NCBI RefSeq assembly: GCF_040938485.1
Contig: NW_027271421.1
Location: 438,567 to 502,566 of the forward strand
DNA length: 64,000 bases
Source of the DNA: Diadema antillarum
Lineage: Eukaryota
Direction: 5' to 3'
Position numbers and translations under genes: made by a program. Each line of letters opens with the position of its first letter. Positions within the stretch are counted from its first letter, which is position 1. The notes under the pieces were generated by a model. That model saw nothing but the letters and a program-made list of their open reading frames with translations. It was not told the DNA's origin and did no database searches. Positions 50,190-63,973 of this stretch are shown one piece after another.

Positions 50190-52039
50190 CCAGAGAGTCC
50201 AAGTAGTGAGACTACGTACGTGCAATCAGCTGTCCGTCTATAGGTGCACTTGATCTACGCTTGACTGATATTGTCCTACGCAAGCACTGCTTGTACAGCG
50301 CAAGATAAATATTCAGACTTTGGTCACAATGAGCAATAAATGAATAAATGCCAAAATGACGTCAGTAACTTTGAGCAGAGGTATGAACGCATGGAAACGA
50401 CGTAGTCTAATATTTATAACTGAAATGACTTCAAGCAACAAATGTCTTCTAATAGCTAGGAATGGACGTTGAAGCTGATCAATGAAAAAAGTGTATGCTG
50501 CACTTGAATGACAAAGATTATTGATAATGATACTGATGATAATAAAGGACATTTATATTGCGCAGCTACTATAATAATATACTCTTTGCGCATTACAAAG
50601 TAATGATCGCAACAAATTCAAATATAGCATGCATTACTTCAAACAAAAGATGACTTTTTAACCAGACCTTAAACTTATTAATTGTAGCGTCTTGCCTTAC
50701 AAACAAATGGAGATTATTCCATAATTTCGGTGCAGCATACAAGAATGCCCTGTCACCGAGAGTGGCTGTTGATTTAGTGTTTGATCACGTTAGTGTTTGA
50801 TCACGTTAACTTCGGAGATGATAAAATGTTTGAAATGAGTTTTAACTCTCCAAGTTCCTGTATGTACACTGGTGCTGTACCGTGAATAGCTCTATATACA
50901 ATCAACAGAGTTTTAAATATGGTCCTCTGCTTTACAGGAAACCAATGTAACGCACGCAGTCATTATCAATCATTATCAGCCATTAGGGCCTACTAATGAC
51001 GATTTTTCATTTTGTTTTTTACTTTTTTTTTGCAACGGGTCTATCACGGCAAGACTAACTTCAATCCAAGGAGATGGTTGATTTAAGCAGCAGATTTTAT
51101 CTTTACAAAAGTTGTTTGAAAAAAGAAAACCGAAGCTCAATAGTATGGAAACGGTCCTGAGAATAAATAAGTTTCACAAAGGTCGAAGTCCGAAAATTGT
51201 TTAAATACTGACAACGCTCCAGAACATCTGAATAGGGCGCATATATGACTGTCATCTTCTTTGATCACGCTACAGGTGTGGAAAATTTTACAGGCTGTGA
51301 CTCTCTCTGCCTCAGAAAGTATGAAAATATTCTAATACATTACGTGTAGTAAATTCCTTACTTCATCATTTTTGGGACCGCTTCGTTACACTGACATTGT
51401 ATAGTTTAAACGGCAACTACGAAACGAATTTAAACTGATGAAATTATTTAAGATGACTTACGATATGCCTTACCTAGAGCCAGTGTTCTTTATACTAGCA
51501 TTTTAACATATTAAGGTTTTCCACGCTCTGATTCTTGTAATTTTGGTGAAGAGATATCCCAGCAGTAGACGAGTCAGGCATTCAACATTGGTGCGCATCG
51601 TTATGGAATCGTAATTTTATACAGTGTTATAAGGGGTTTGAAACGATCTTGACAAATGGAAGTTCCTGCTCATTTCTCTTGTTTATAATTTTATGGCTGT
51701 AGACCCTAATGTCCAATGATCTACTTTACCGTTTTCTTGTTCAGTTATTTAAAAGTTACCATGATATTCAAAGGACAACAGTATCCATAAGACTATGCAA
51801 TGAGGAATTTGTAACTTGAATAGAAGAATTTATGCAATCATTTCATTTGATGTAGAGTAATTTGTCAATCAGTCGCAATTTATCTGGAGAAACCTATAAC
51901 TAAAAAGCTAGTAAGCTTTTTAGAAGAGAGAAGAAGAATTTAAGAAGAGAGAAAGATTTGAGAAAGATAGAAATAGGAGAAAGAATACAAAAACCCACGT
52001 ACTTAGGTGAACTTTTTGTACAAGATACAAGAACACATT

Positions 52040-52095
52040 ACATACACACACGCATGTACACACACAAACAAACACACACGCACACACACACACAA
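52040..52095. repeat. (CA)n-rich microsatellite
   Basis: Read directly. Confidence 0.8.
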
Positions 52096-52815
52096 AGACA
52101 GTACGACAACGACAACATCAGACATAAACCTATATTTCATATGATGTTTTCACCTGCCCGCATGTACATAAAACTCATTAACTGTCTCATTTAAAGATGC
52201 ACAATATGATACTCATTGATGGACTGATCATTGCGGGGTGGGAAGAATGGTAAGGAAAAGAATCCCGAGCAACACGAAAAGACAGCAGTTGTCATGGTAA
52301 TGATTGATCTTAATGAGGATCACGATCCACTAGCAAAGTGACCAGTGATCTTGGCGTCTGATCGCAATAGTCAACATCAGAGTGAAATCTTGCTCTGGCA
52401 CTCGCCATCAGGAACTCTAGTTTTTCTTGTAAAGTTCTAAATTCCCCCGATGCGTTTTAATAAAGTCAATCAATGCAGTTGAAGTTTAAGGTTGTAAACC
52501 ATAGCGTTCTCATTTCTCACTGTTAATGATTCATTCATTATTCATTCACGCATTGTATAGTCATCAGAATACGATAGTGAATACAAAAAATAAGTCATGA
52601 CGTCAATAGACAATATCACCCATTCTCTTCCGCTCTACTTTGTAATCATCTGATGACTTCTTTTCCACCAAAGCAAGTTTCCAATCACGCATTTATCATA
52701 ATACGGCCGAAAGAGATATGATATACTCTCTCTGCGTTGACTAGTAAGCGAACTTCTCTATATGTAACAACGTTACATTCTTTGTATCATCACAAAGACT
52801 GATATGGTGACCTGG

Positions 52816-52951
52816 GGGGCATTTCATGAAGCATTTTGGTCGGATATTTTTCTGACAAACTGTTCCAAGCTTCTGAAATCCTTGCATTTGATTGGCTGAA
52901 AGCAAATTTGTCTGACAACTTTGTCGGACAAAATGCTTCATGAAATGCCCC
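52816..52951. mobile_element. Hairpin MITE (~136 bp) specific to the P5-side duplication unit
   Basis: Inverted termini GGGGGGCATTTCATGAAGCATTTTG-TCGGAC / revcomp. A flanking CCTGG / CCAGG pair corresponds to a single CCAGG at the orthologous P4-unit site (around 31725). Confidence 0.45.
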
Positions 52952-53171
52952 CCAGGTGTATATTGTCTTGTATATCATTTTTTCCAGTCTTGAAAAATTA
53001 ATGCAGGTTGTAATTGTATGACGTTCTGTGAACCATATAATGTAAGAAAGTTTAATTCGTTTTGTCGATGAATGTTCACATATCCTTTTTTTCTCTCTAA
53101 AAGGTGTTTACGTTTTAGCCATTCATTCGACTATTTCAGCAAACTTATGATACTAATACAGTTCAATACAA

Positions 53172-53817
53172 ATTGGACATGATGATGATGATGATCCACA
53201 TCATTTGCATGGCGACATATATCTGTTATAAAAACATTCAAAGGCGCAGACTCCTCCGAGGGTGCGGTTATCAACTCTTTTTCTCGGCAGAAACAGGTTT
53301 TCCAAACAGCTTTCAAGGAATTTTTACGAGTTGATAAACGCAAAGCTGTTTTGAAAGCCCTTTCGGAAAGCCTTTTCGAAAGCCGCAAATTTGTGGCTTT
53401 CCAAACAGGTTTCCTAAACAGGTTTTCAGAAACCTGTTTCTAGAAGCCTTTTGAAGCGAGATAAACGCAAAGCTGTTTTGAAACAGCTTTGTACTGCAGT
53501 TACGAACCATGCACGCCTCATATGACCTCTTCTCCTCGGGTCGAATTGCGCAATGCAGCTGTGCAGTGACAGGCCAGTTATCGTGTTCGCGAAGAGTTGA
53601 TAAACGCAACTATTTTGGAAGCCGTTTCTAAAGGGCTTTGGAAACGGCTTTTGAAAGCCGTTTAAACAGGGGAAAGTTGATAAACGCAGCCCAAGACAGT
53701 TCGCAATTGAATGCCCGGTGAATATGTGAGTTTTGAGTGAGGCTTTGAAGTGATCCAGTTTGTCAATTTCACAGAGGAAAGATGGGAGGGAGTTCAAAAG
53801 GAATTGTCAATAATAAT
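53172..53817. repeat. P5-unit-specific ~640-bp insert containing GTTGATAAACGCA-anchored repeats and short hairpins
   Basis: It lies between caaattggacat and tggattacacactgaa, which are contiguous in the P4 unit (31930-31970). Anchors are at 53322, 53458, 53593 and 53676. Confidence 0.35.
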
Positions 53818-54678
53818 CATTATGATGGATTACACACTGAATAATTGCTGGACAAAACCAAAATAAAACAAAACTCTTCAAGAAAACTGTTATATGACAA
53901 GGAAGAGGAATATATTAATGACAATTCCTCTGTAATATCACCTTTGCAGAAAGTTCTGTCTTCTAGGATACTCCTGGTCAAGAAGAGTTTTAAATTACTC
54001 TTCAGTCATTATTGATACGTTGATCATTTCCACCACTTCTGAAGTATGAATAAATAATGCTTCACAGCAGAAGTCCTGGTGTATTTGCTTACCCAGGCCT
54101 TCGTTTAGAATGTTAATCTAAAAAAACTGTTGACGTACTTTTATTCAGTACCAGAATGACCGCATGATGGTCGCGTAGCCCAGTTGTTAGAATCAGAAGG
54201 GCTCACATTAAATATTTCAAAAACAACTTTAGATAACTCATCGAATTTGAAAAATGATCAAGAAATTAAAAAAAAAAAGAAGTACATGAGGAGGCACTGG
54301 CAGAGATAATTACGACCCGGCCATTATGACATATTACGATCAGTTACGTCATTTGACTATTATAAAAACAAAGGCTCGGGCTTGAACTTTAGACTTTAGA
54401 TAGCAATTTGCATTATACTGTATACCGGAGAGTTCATGTGACGTGTCATTGCTGATTTATGACAATAGGTCAATATCATTTATCCTTATTTCCACCACTA
54501 TGGTCTACACTGTATGAGCTTGAAGGCAATTCTGTTTTGTAGTTTCTGGTGCAAATTACAATAAGGAAACTGACTCAGGCACTTGAAAACTGGCTTCAAT
54601 TCAAGTGAAGACATGTAGATGTGCTTCGTTTTAATCGGCGAAGTGCATTTGAGGATAGTATTGTGTGACTAATCAAGA

Positions 54679-54794
54679 TTAATTGCAGGTAGGCTCATTC
54701 TTGTATTCCTCGAACGCCTGCTGCCATGCTGTCATCTCAGTCTTCCAGTCATCATAACTTTCCCGCCATTCCTTCTCTGTGTCACTCATGTCGT
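54679..54794 (-). CDS. P5 exon 10 (terminal; DMSDTEKEWRESYDDWKTEMTAWQQAFEEYKNEPTCN, stop TAA 54679-54681)
   Basis: Acceptor cttccag|. Homologous to P4 exon 10. Confidence 0.75.
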
Positions 54795-55526
54795 CTGGAA
54801 AGAGAGGGAGACAGGATGAAGAATCGATGTGATTACAATTGGCGCGCTTTCTTTTCATAGCTCACACTTACATCACATCCTGATTTGTCAACCCGTGTGC
54901 GAACCATTGAAAACATTTAATAAACGCTTTGGAGTTACTTTTCCGTCAACACATTTTAATAAATCTTGTATTTTTATTGAAATCGTAGTCCTATTTCACA
55001 GAAAACTAAATGGCACGTTGTGACCATTAACCTTGGAAGACGATGTCGATGTTAAAAAAAAAATCAAAAAGCCGAAGACAAATTATATCATTCCAATTTG
55101 CTGTCTCAAACATGAATAATTGTTAGAACTCATTAGCTTGTCTTATACTATCTGTCACTCTGTGCAATTACAGTGCGACTGACGAAAAAAAAAGCAGAAA
55201 TCTAGTATCGAGTTGTTATACGAAATTACATGAGGTAGTGCAAACCAAACTTCAGTCCTATACGTTTATAGGCCTACAAAGCGAAATTATATTGTATAGG
55301 CAAAGGGGAGTCATCTACACTTTGCTATATAGGGTAAAACTGTTTAATTGCTACAACGACATGGTGACTGTTTCAAGACATTGGTTATTCCCTTATAATG
55401 GAATTGATACACACTGACAGACAGACAAACATACACGTGCACAATTGTTTCTTTATTTTTGGGATAGATGGACAGTACATGTCAAATCTTACATAGGAAC
55501 TAAGTGATCATTGTCTCGAAAAATAC

Positions 55527-55708
55527 CTGTAAAAGCCACGAGCGACGGGAAGTAGTGGTTCCAGAAATGACACTGTCTGGCTCTGACAGCCCTCCCTGTG
55601 GGCAATCCTATGGCTATCTCCTTGTATGCGAGTTCAGGGATCGTGTACTCTGGCCAGGTATACTGTCCTTCCCACGGGTCTGAATCCATGCTCGGCTTAC
55701 TGGGATTT
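55527..55708 (-). CDS. P5 exon 9 (NPSKPSMDSDPWEGQYTWPEYTIPELAYKEIAIGLPTGRAVRARQCHFWNHYFPSLVAFT)
   Basis: Anchored to ORF 55489..55812. Acceptor atcgtag|, donor g|gtattt. Confidence 0.8.
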
Positions 55709-55959
55709 CTACGATACATATAATAGTTGCAATCCATTAATGCATTAAGTTCTTGTTGTTTAAGTGCCGTCCTCACACTGTCACATTCCCTATGCAAAAG
55801 TGCAAAATGCAATTAATTTTTATAAAGACAATCGGAATTTAATTGATTAAGGACTATAATCGAGAACTTTTCATCACAGATAAGAGGTATTTGTAACTTC
55901 TTAAAACATTAGCAAACTACATTTGTATTTCATTTTAGTGAATAAAATGACTGGCTTAC

Positions 55960-56154
55960 CCGGTCTTGGCAAAGTTGGTCCAGAATTGCATCATCATAAC
56001 GGAGAGGGCGTTCTCCTCGTCAGTCATGTTGTGTCCTTTGACGTGGTAGAGCTCATCAATGAAAGGGACGCCAAACACAAAAGTCATTTCTTCTCCATGT
56101 GCTGCGCCAAGCCAAGGAGTGTTGGGAGCAATTCCTTCGTACTCATAGAAGCTC
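55960..56154 (-). CDS. P5 exon 8 (catalytic His: SFYEYEGIAPNTPWLGAAHGEEMTFVFGVPF...NFAKTG)
   Basis: Acceptor ttcaag|, donor gg|gtaagc, 195 nt. Confidence 0.75.
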
Positions 56155-57297
56155 CTTGAAAAAAAAAAAAAACATAAACAATATTACGCTGTTCTTACCA
56201 ACACAAAACAACTGATAAGAAAGAATACTTAAATGAGTTTAGAAAGTCTCTAACTGAATAAAAGTTGAAATATTGTGTAGTTGAATTCACTCAACATGCC
56301 AATATCCTCAACTGTCTCTCTAAAAGTGTCTAAAGTAAACACAACAAACAAACGGACAAACAAACATCGACATTAATTGTTGTCCACTTAAGGATTAGGT
56401 TGCATCTGCAATTTTATTTTGTAAATTATGTATTGATGTGTCGCCAATAACAAATAATGCGCGTGTTAAACCACGGAACCAATTCGCACGAAAGCATATA
56501 ATTTTATGAAATAATAGCAATTATTACAAACTACATGATTAGGTTCTGTGAGAGAAATGCTTCCAATTATGGGCATGAGGTAAGCCTACTTATGTTGCTG
56601 TGTGACTATAATGATGACCGATCACAGAAGGTATGTCGAGCTACTTAGGTAGGTGATAGAGCGTGTGTGTGTGTGTGGGGGGGGGGGTCCTCCCAGGCCT
56701 TTTCGCCATAAAAACTCCAAAAGGGCATATTTTTGGTGTACATATTCTTTTTAGTGTTCCTCACAAATGTAAGTGAAACATTGTGCAATCAAAATATTTT
56801 CTAAAGTATTCTGTTGTTTCTTTAATTTCTAACGTATTTCCTTGTCTGTCGACTTTTTGTTTTTCATTGTTTTTCGATGATCTTTGTCGGTGACACTGCT
56901 GCGAGGGTGAAAATATGTCACTGACTGAATATCGACAAAAAAGAAAAACAAAAGGAAAAATAAACATTTTCAAATGAAATTTTACAGAATGTTAATTTAC
57001 ATTGAAATTGTACATGGATTCACGTTTTTGAGCAAGTTAGGTCTGACATGTATGTAGAGCCTACATAATATCGTTACGCGTAATTTCAAAACCGCTCGCC
57101 CAGGCGGCGCAAATTTGATCTCAAAAGGTGCGAGAGACTGGAAAGTAAAAGAGTAGTGAAACATCGCGAAGATAGTTGTTTCTTTCTTCTTCTTTTTTCG
57201 ATGGTGACATGTCGCGTGAAATGTCGAAGGGGGCTCCCAGCAACCCCCCCCCCCCCTCGATTTAGTAAAGGTTAAGGGGACGGCTGGTAATCCATAC

Positions 57298-57743
57298 TTA
57301 GTAGGTACGTGGGTCATGAAGTACTGATAGACGGGCCCGCCGTGTGCTGCATGCGCTCTAGTGACATAATCAGTAGGACAAACGAACAGCAAATCTCCTA
57401 AGAAATCCACCACCGAGTCAAAGTAATCAGCAGTAATGTTGTCTGCAATACTCCAGTCGGTATACTCCTGATCTACAGAGTCGTATATGATGGCATCATC
57501 CAGACCGTTGTAGAAAGCCAGCTGGAATTGAATCGCTGCAAGGTAGGCAGCTCGGTCGTAAGGGGGCGGTGTTTCGCTACCCCTGTAGTCGGGAAAAGGT
57601 CCGTATAAAAAGAAAGTCCCCTCATCCTCGTTGAAGCCGGCAATGATTGGTACATGGGCAAAGTCCCCTTTGCTGTAGAGGTTTTTTGGTGTATCTTCGA
57701 GAAACGTACCGTCCAGAGTCACTTGATACCCTCCAATATATAC
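57298..57743 (-). CDS. P5 exon 7 (VYIGGYQVTLDGTFLEDTP...GFNEDEGTFF...FVCPTD...FMTHVPTK)
   Basis: Anchored to ORF 56997..57851, whose 3' part is intron read-through. Acceptor gctcag|GTA, donor aa|gtatgg, 446 nt. Confidence 0.8.
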
Positions 57744-58557
57744 CTGAGCATTGTGGTGGCGGAAGAGGGTACAATTTACATAAAAAACAAAGGATGTGTG
57801 AACGACTTGTTTGACAAAGCATAATCTTATATAGCCTATAAGGTGATACACGAAGTATTGGCAGCTGATAGATTGCGCATGTCACAATCTTTAACATTAA
57901 TCATTTTAATGGTTTGGAGTTCTTGTTCGTAGTTACTGAAAACAGAACAGACAACATCATGTGTTGGTGTGTACACCACTAATCTATCTACGAATCCTGC
58001 ACGCGCGCCCGCATACACACGCACACATCGACTTTTCTTATTGGGTATTTATTGCCTACAGAGGCTTGGAAATTGAGCAAATCTGGAACCTATCTCCAGA
58101 AATAAGCATGAATTTAGTAACAATTATTTATGGTATGAAGCCAACTCCAAACAATTTACAGCACATTTTAGCTATTACCGGCAGTGTCAATTTTATTCAC
58201 ATATGATTTTTAACATCTTGTGATAATTAAAGATGTTATAAGAATGGATATTGCAGTAAATTCTAGTAAATTATGAATTGAAAGACGGAATCAATGTTCT
58301 TGTCAATCCAGCAGAAACATTTTTTAAATTTCTTTTATAGTAGAGGTGATGACAGCATCGCCTCATCTAGTGTGATCTGCCATCTCATAATATTTCATGA
58401 GAATGTGAAATTTGATACTTCTACTACTCTTCTTCTGAGTTTACCCTATCCATGAACGCGTCCATGAAAGTCCATCAACTGGTGGACTGATTTTTTCTTT
58501 AGATAGAGAGTACTAGGGTACTACAAATGGTGCACCGCGTTGCCATGGCAGCCATAC

Positions 58558-58722
58558 CTTCTCGGCGGTCTCTCTTAGTTTGTTGGCATCCTTCTCTCTG
58601 AGACATTCCACCAGAGCCTCAGAACTCGACGTGCTGCAATTCATGGCCACGCCCACAGCTCTCGACTGCTCAAGCTCCCTATCTAGATCGTTGAAAGCCC
58701 AGTCAGCCACTGCCGTCCCACT
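58558..58722 (-). CDS. P5 exon 6 (SGTAVADWAFNDLDRELEQSRAVGVAMNCSTSSSEALVECLREKDANKLRETAEK)
   Basis: Anchored to ORF 58513..58809. Same splice sites as P4 exon 6. Confidence 0.8.
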
Positions 58723-58912
58723 CTGCATCAGTATTAACATAAAAAAGGAAATGAAATAGGTCACTGGAATGTATCCGTAGAAAACATAAAAGTAAAAGCA
58801 TTGAAACACTGGAACACCTTTTACTGGAAAGTCATCATGTATGTAGTTTTTGGGAAGAATATCTAAAATGATGACACACGAAATTTAATGTCAGCCTTTA
58901 GTCAAAGGACGA

Positions 58913-61900
58913 ATGACTGTCGGGCTTCCACTGCCAAGAAAGCGGCATGCCACAATGATCAGCGCCTACACACCCACGATGACCAGCCCTGATGATGTCA
59001 AGGAAAGGTTCAATGAGAACCTGCAAGCGACCATTCCCACTGTGTCCAGATTAGATAAACTCATCACCCTTGGTGACTTCAAAGCTAGGGTCAGCACCGA
59101 CTATGCATCATGGAAAGGAGTCCCAGGGAAGATGGTCTGGGCAAATGCAATAGATGGCTTATTGCTACTGGAAACCCGCGCTGTACATCAGCTACTCATT
59201 ACCAACACAGTCTTTTGTCTACCCAACCGTAACAAGACGACATGGCTGTATCCTCGCTCCAAACACTGGCACTTGCTGGATTACATCATGGTCAGACAAA
59301 GGGACAGGCAAGACGTTATAGTCGCCAAAGCCATGTGTGGTGCAGCAGAGTGCTGGACAGATCACCGTCTGTTGATCTCAAAGCTCAGTATCAGGATTCA
59401 ACCACGTAGACGTCTTCAGGGAAAGAAGACATTGAAACGTTAGATGTTTCAAAGATGGAGAGAGACCAGGCCAAGCAGCCACTCGTTAAAGAGATCGACA
59501 GCAAGCTGCAACAAAGTTCAACTCACTGGATGTTGAGTCCGACTGGATTGTCTTTCGCAGCATTGTCTATGACGCTGCCTCAGAGATGGTAGATCCCATC
59601 ACATGAAAGCGTTAGGACTGGTTCGCATTCAGTCTTTTAAGCGTCGCCTTCACCGAGCAGACCTCAACGACCCGACATCAGCGTCCAAGAAAGCTGCTTT
59701 TTACAACATCAGAGGAAGCGTACAACTGGAACTACGGCAAATGCAGGATGCACGGCAGAGCGATAAAGCTGTTAAGATCCAGTGTTATGCTAATCGCAAC
59801 GACATGGAAAACTTCTACAGAGAATACTGGATCACTTCAAGCAAAATTTGAAGATCTAGCTAAATATTTTATATCCCTTTATATGCACTGGACTTGTACT
59901 GCCACTGCCTGGTAATTTGTATATATGTTATCTCCTATGGCGACCAGGGATGACATCTCATAGCGCTTTTTATAGTGGAAAAGGCGCTCTTAAAATATCA
60001 ACTATTATTAGAGCGCTCAAGACTTGTATATGGACCAACTTCGTTGGGACTGTCTTCCCCAGTGCAGATGGAAACGTACTGATCACAGACCAGAAAAAGG
60101 TTCTTGAACGCTGGGCAGAACAGTTCAGAAATGTCCTCATTGGTCGATCCAGCTGCCATCAGCGAGGAAGCGATCACAAGGCTGCTCCAGGTTCCAACCA
60201 ATCACTCACTTGCCAATATCCCCACAGAAGCTGACGTGGAAGAAGCAGTAAAACACATATCTTGTGAAAAAGCACCTGGCGCTGACTCCATCCCTGCAAA
60301 AATCTGCACCTCTGGTCGCCAAACCCTCACTAGAAAGCTCACTGAGCTATTCCAATCTGTATGGAACCAAGAGAAAATCCCGCAGAAACCCTATGGATGC
60401 TTCTATCGTCCATTTGTACAAGCGCACAGGAAATCGACAAGCGTGCGACAACCACCACGGCATCTCGTTGCTATTTGTTATCGGAAAGATCTTTGCCAGA
60501 ATCTTGTTGAACCGCCTGATCGACCACTTAGAGGAAGGCTGACTACCTGAACGTCAACGCGGGTTCAGACAGGGTCGCAGTACAGTGGTTGTGATTTTCG
60601 CAGTACGTCAACTCCACGAGAAATGCCAGGAGCAGAGCTAGTGTCGGTATCTACACCACCTTCGTAGACCTGACTAAGGCTTTTGACACCGTATGCCGAG
60701 AAGGACTCTGGATGATCATGCCCAAGTTTGTCTGCCCTGCAACGCTCATCTCATTGGTCAGACAGTTCCATGACTGCATCCAAGCTAACGTGCAGGATGG
60801 CGATGAACGCTCAGAGCCCTTCCCTGTCATAAACGGCGTGAAACAAGGCTGCGTCCTCGTCCCTACCCTCTTTAGCATGGTGTTCGCTCATCTATGCAGA
60901 CAGATGCATTTCGTGAGGGTGGCATCGGAGTGGACTGCAAATTCAGAACTGATGGAAATCTGTTCAACGTACGGAGACTGCAGACAAAATCAAAAGTCCA
61001 GGAGGATATCGCCCGTGACTTTCTTTTTGCTGATGACTGTGCCCTGTATGGTAGAACCCAGTCTGACATGCAGGAAAGCATTGACCAACTCGCCAACACC
61101 TGTGACGACTTCGGTCTGACGATAAGCATAAAGAAGACTTTAGTGATGCATCAGCCCAGGGAAGTGGGAAGAGAGTTTCCCACCTCCCTGATCAGCCAGC
61201 TCCTGCAATCATTCACTATACACAAAGCCAACCATCACGGTCAACGGCGAGAAGTTGAAAGTGGCAGAAAAGTTACCTATCTAAAGTAGCACACTGTTAC
61301 GAAATATCTACATCGAAGAAGCCGCGAAGTCTCCCGCAGAATTGCCAGGGCCTGCTCGGCTGTCAGCAGACTCAGAGACAGGGTGTAGGAGAGAAGAGGA
61401 AAACCTTCAAAACAAAGTAAAGCTGTGCCGCGCAGTCGTCATACCCTCTCTACTGTACACCTGCCAAACATGGACAGTGTACAGTCGGCATGCCAGGCAG
61501 GTGAACTCCTTCCACATGAGATGCCTCCGAAATCTGCTACACGTAAAATGGCAAGGGAAGGTGCCAGACACCGAAATACTTCAGGGAGACCAGATGGAGA
61601 GTTTTGATGCGATGCTCAAGCGCTCCCAACTCAGATGGGCCGGGCATGTACTTCGAATGGCCGACGAACATTTGCCAAAGTGACTGCTCTACGGTGAACT
61701 AATGGAAGGCAAGCGCTCTCAAGGAGGTCAGAAGATTGAAGCGCTACAAGGACACACTATATAAAAGCTTGGATGAAATGCTGCAGCGTCAATCGTGACA
61801 CATGGGAAGTAACGGCACAAGACCGATCTTCCTGGCGATCCGTGGTCAGCTCTGGTTTATAAGGCTACGAAGTGAAACGTGTGGACGAGCAGGAACAACT

Positions 61901-62000
61901 ACGGCAGCAACGAAAAATAGCAGAGCAACCTCTCAGCCTGGCCTACCTTCGGCATTTCCATGTACACACAAACACACTGCACCAGATTTTTCAGAACGAG
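58913..62000 (+). mobile_element. Degenerate LINE copy in P5 intron 5 (paralogous to 39982-44400; 5' part missing)
   Basis: ORF pieces 58913..59443 (endonuclease: ...LITLGDFKARVSTDYAS), 60104..61289 (RT: FVDLTKAFDTV, LFADDCALY) and 61342..61683 (...MRCLRNLLHVKWQGKVPDTEILQ...HVLRMADEHLPK). About 92% nucleotide identity to the P4 copy. Relative to P4, about 1.17 kb (P4 39690-40858) is absent. Confidence 0.65.
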
Positions 62001-63068
62001 GATCGGACTGATTAGCCATCTTCGCACCCACGGTACGTAGTGTTACTGGAAGTTATGGTCGTGTTCACATGCGAAGGACGAACATCATCATCAAATTATT
62101 GAATTGCCATTGCAAAACAGTCATTGTATACATGCAGGTCACTTGGAATTCTTTCCACCTTTTATGGTTGTGTTGTTTTATTGGTGAAGTTGGAAAAGAT
62201 AAATAAAGCATAGAAGTTAATTGCAATCCAGAAGAGAAAAATGGGTAAGCTGGAAAGTAAATGGAAGGACATATGTAATGAAGAGCACTCTTAATATGGC
62301 TGCATGTAACTACACAGGAAATGATTTATACTGAGTTTGTCTTATGTTGAGTAACATGGTGTGGAGAATTTGGAGATTTTTTCTTCAGATCCGTATGTAA
62401 CAATTAAGAAGCAGAGAACACCAACTACCTTGATTGTATCAAGTAATGTATTTTTAAATGTGATTTGTATGTGTTTTTATCTTTTATTAATGCAATTGGA
62501 AAATGAAACCAAATCAAAGAGAGAGGGAGAAAATAAAAGGACGATTAAGCAATGTGAACAAGGAGAACTGAAACAACGGGCATGATAATGAACCGAATCA
62601 AATTACTCATATCACGGAACACCCTATAAGATACAAACATTGCAAAAACCCATTAGCAGGTTAATTAGTTTGTTCTTGTGAATGAAGCATGCATGTACAC
62701 CATGTACACGTGCAAATATTTACATTGGCAAGTACAACGACAAAAGATATTGTGGATCGTGATTTGTGAGAGCATTGCCCTAACAGAGAGTATAGTTTAT
62801 AGATTATGAAATTGAGAAATCATGTCATGGTACTTGCACTTGAACACCGCGGAAATTCTCTGACTGGTAAATTCGCAGACCTGTACAACAAAGTGTAAGT
62901 GTAAGTGTCTTGGTGCGGTATATTTGAAATTGTTTGTCACATTAATTTTCTCCGCTCAAATAAACTGATAATATAACAACAATATAACTTGATAAATAAT
63001 GATGAATCAACAGGTAATTATATTTCTTTTCTGTCACATTGATTACAGTTTTGTTAAAGAAAGTTTCA

Positions 63069-63233
<165 letters not shown>

Positions 63234-63377
63234 TCATAATAAAATAAAAAATACAAATTTAAGAAAATAAAAAATGGATGGATGATGTATTCAAATATAG
63301 GCGGGTGAGTACTACTAGCAATGGGTAGGTCCTTTAAGGGTTAACTGGCTGACTTTATAAAGAGGAAGGAAAAAGAA

Positions 63378-63477
<100 letters not shown>

Positions 63478-63895
63478 GACATTTATCAAAAACATGAGAT
63501 TCATGCCAGTATTCGAAATGGTTAAATCAGAAAGATTTGATAATCTGACTTAAATATGAAATATGACTGCAGTATTAATGAAGTACTGTGATTTGAACAA
63601 ACATACACACACACACATATACATATATCATAATTATTATTTAAAGCATTGTGTTCATGTACATATATCTGTCAGTCTTACAGTCTTATGGAAATAAGTA
63701 GACCCATATTCCTTTCAATTGTTACCGATATCATCTGAGATATTTCCACTGAATCCTGCAATATCTTGCTACCCTGCTGAACTACATTTAATGTGATTAT
63801 TAAAACAAATGGTTAATACATGAAATCAAGGAATAAATGCCATATCCATCCCAATATCAGATACCTATTTTGCTCTGATACCTGGGTATTATTAC

Positions 63896-63973
63896 CTTCA
63901 ATGTTAGTATAGACCCACTTGAGAGCTGCCACCTGATCCAGCATACCAACATTACCAGGAGCTTCTTCATCAG
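63896..63973 (-). CDS. P5 exon 4 (ADEEAPGNVGMLDQVAALKWVYTNIE)
   Basis: Identical splice context to P4 exon 4. Exons 1-3 lie beyond the window end. Confidence 0.75.

Noticed and set aside
56997-57851. The largest ORF in the track (284 aa, minus strand) as a single intron-less gene
   Set aside because: Only 57298-57743 matches esterase sequence and paralog exon 7. The rest is read-through into intron 6 past a canonical aa|gtatgg donor. The downstream protein sequence (…TKSRGGGGCWEPP…KKKKKE…) is low-complexity.
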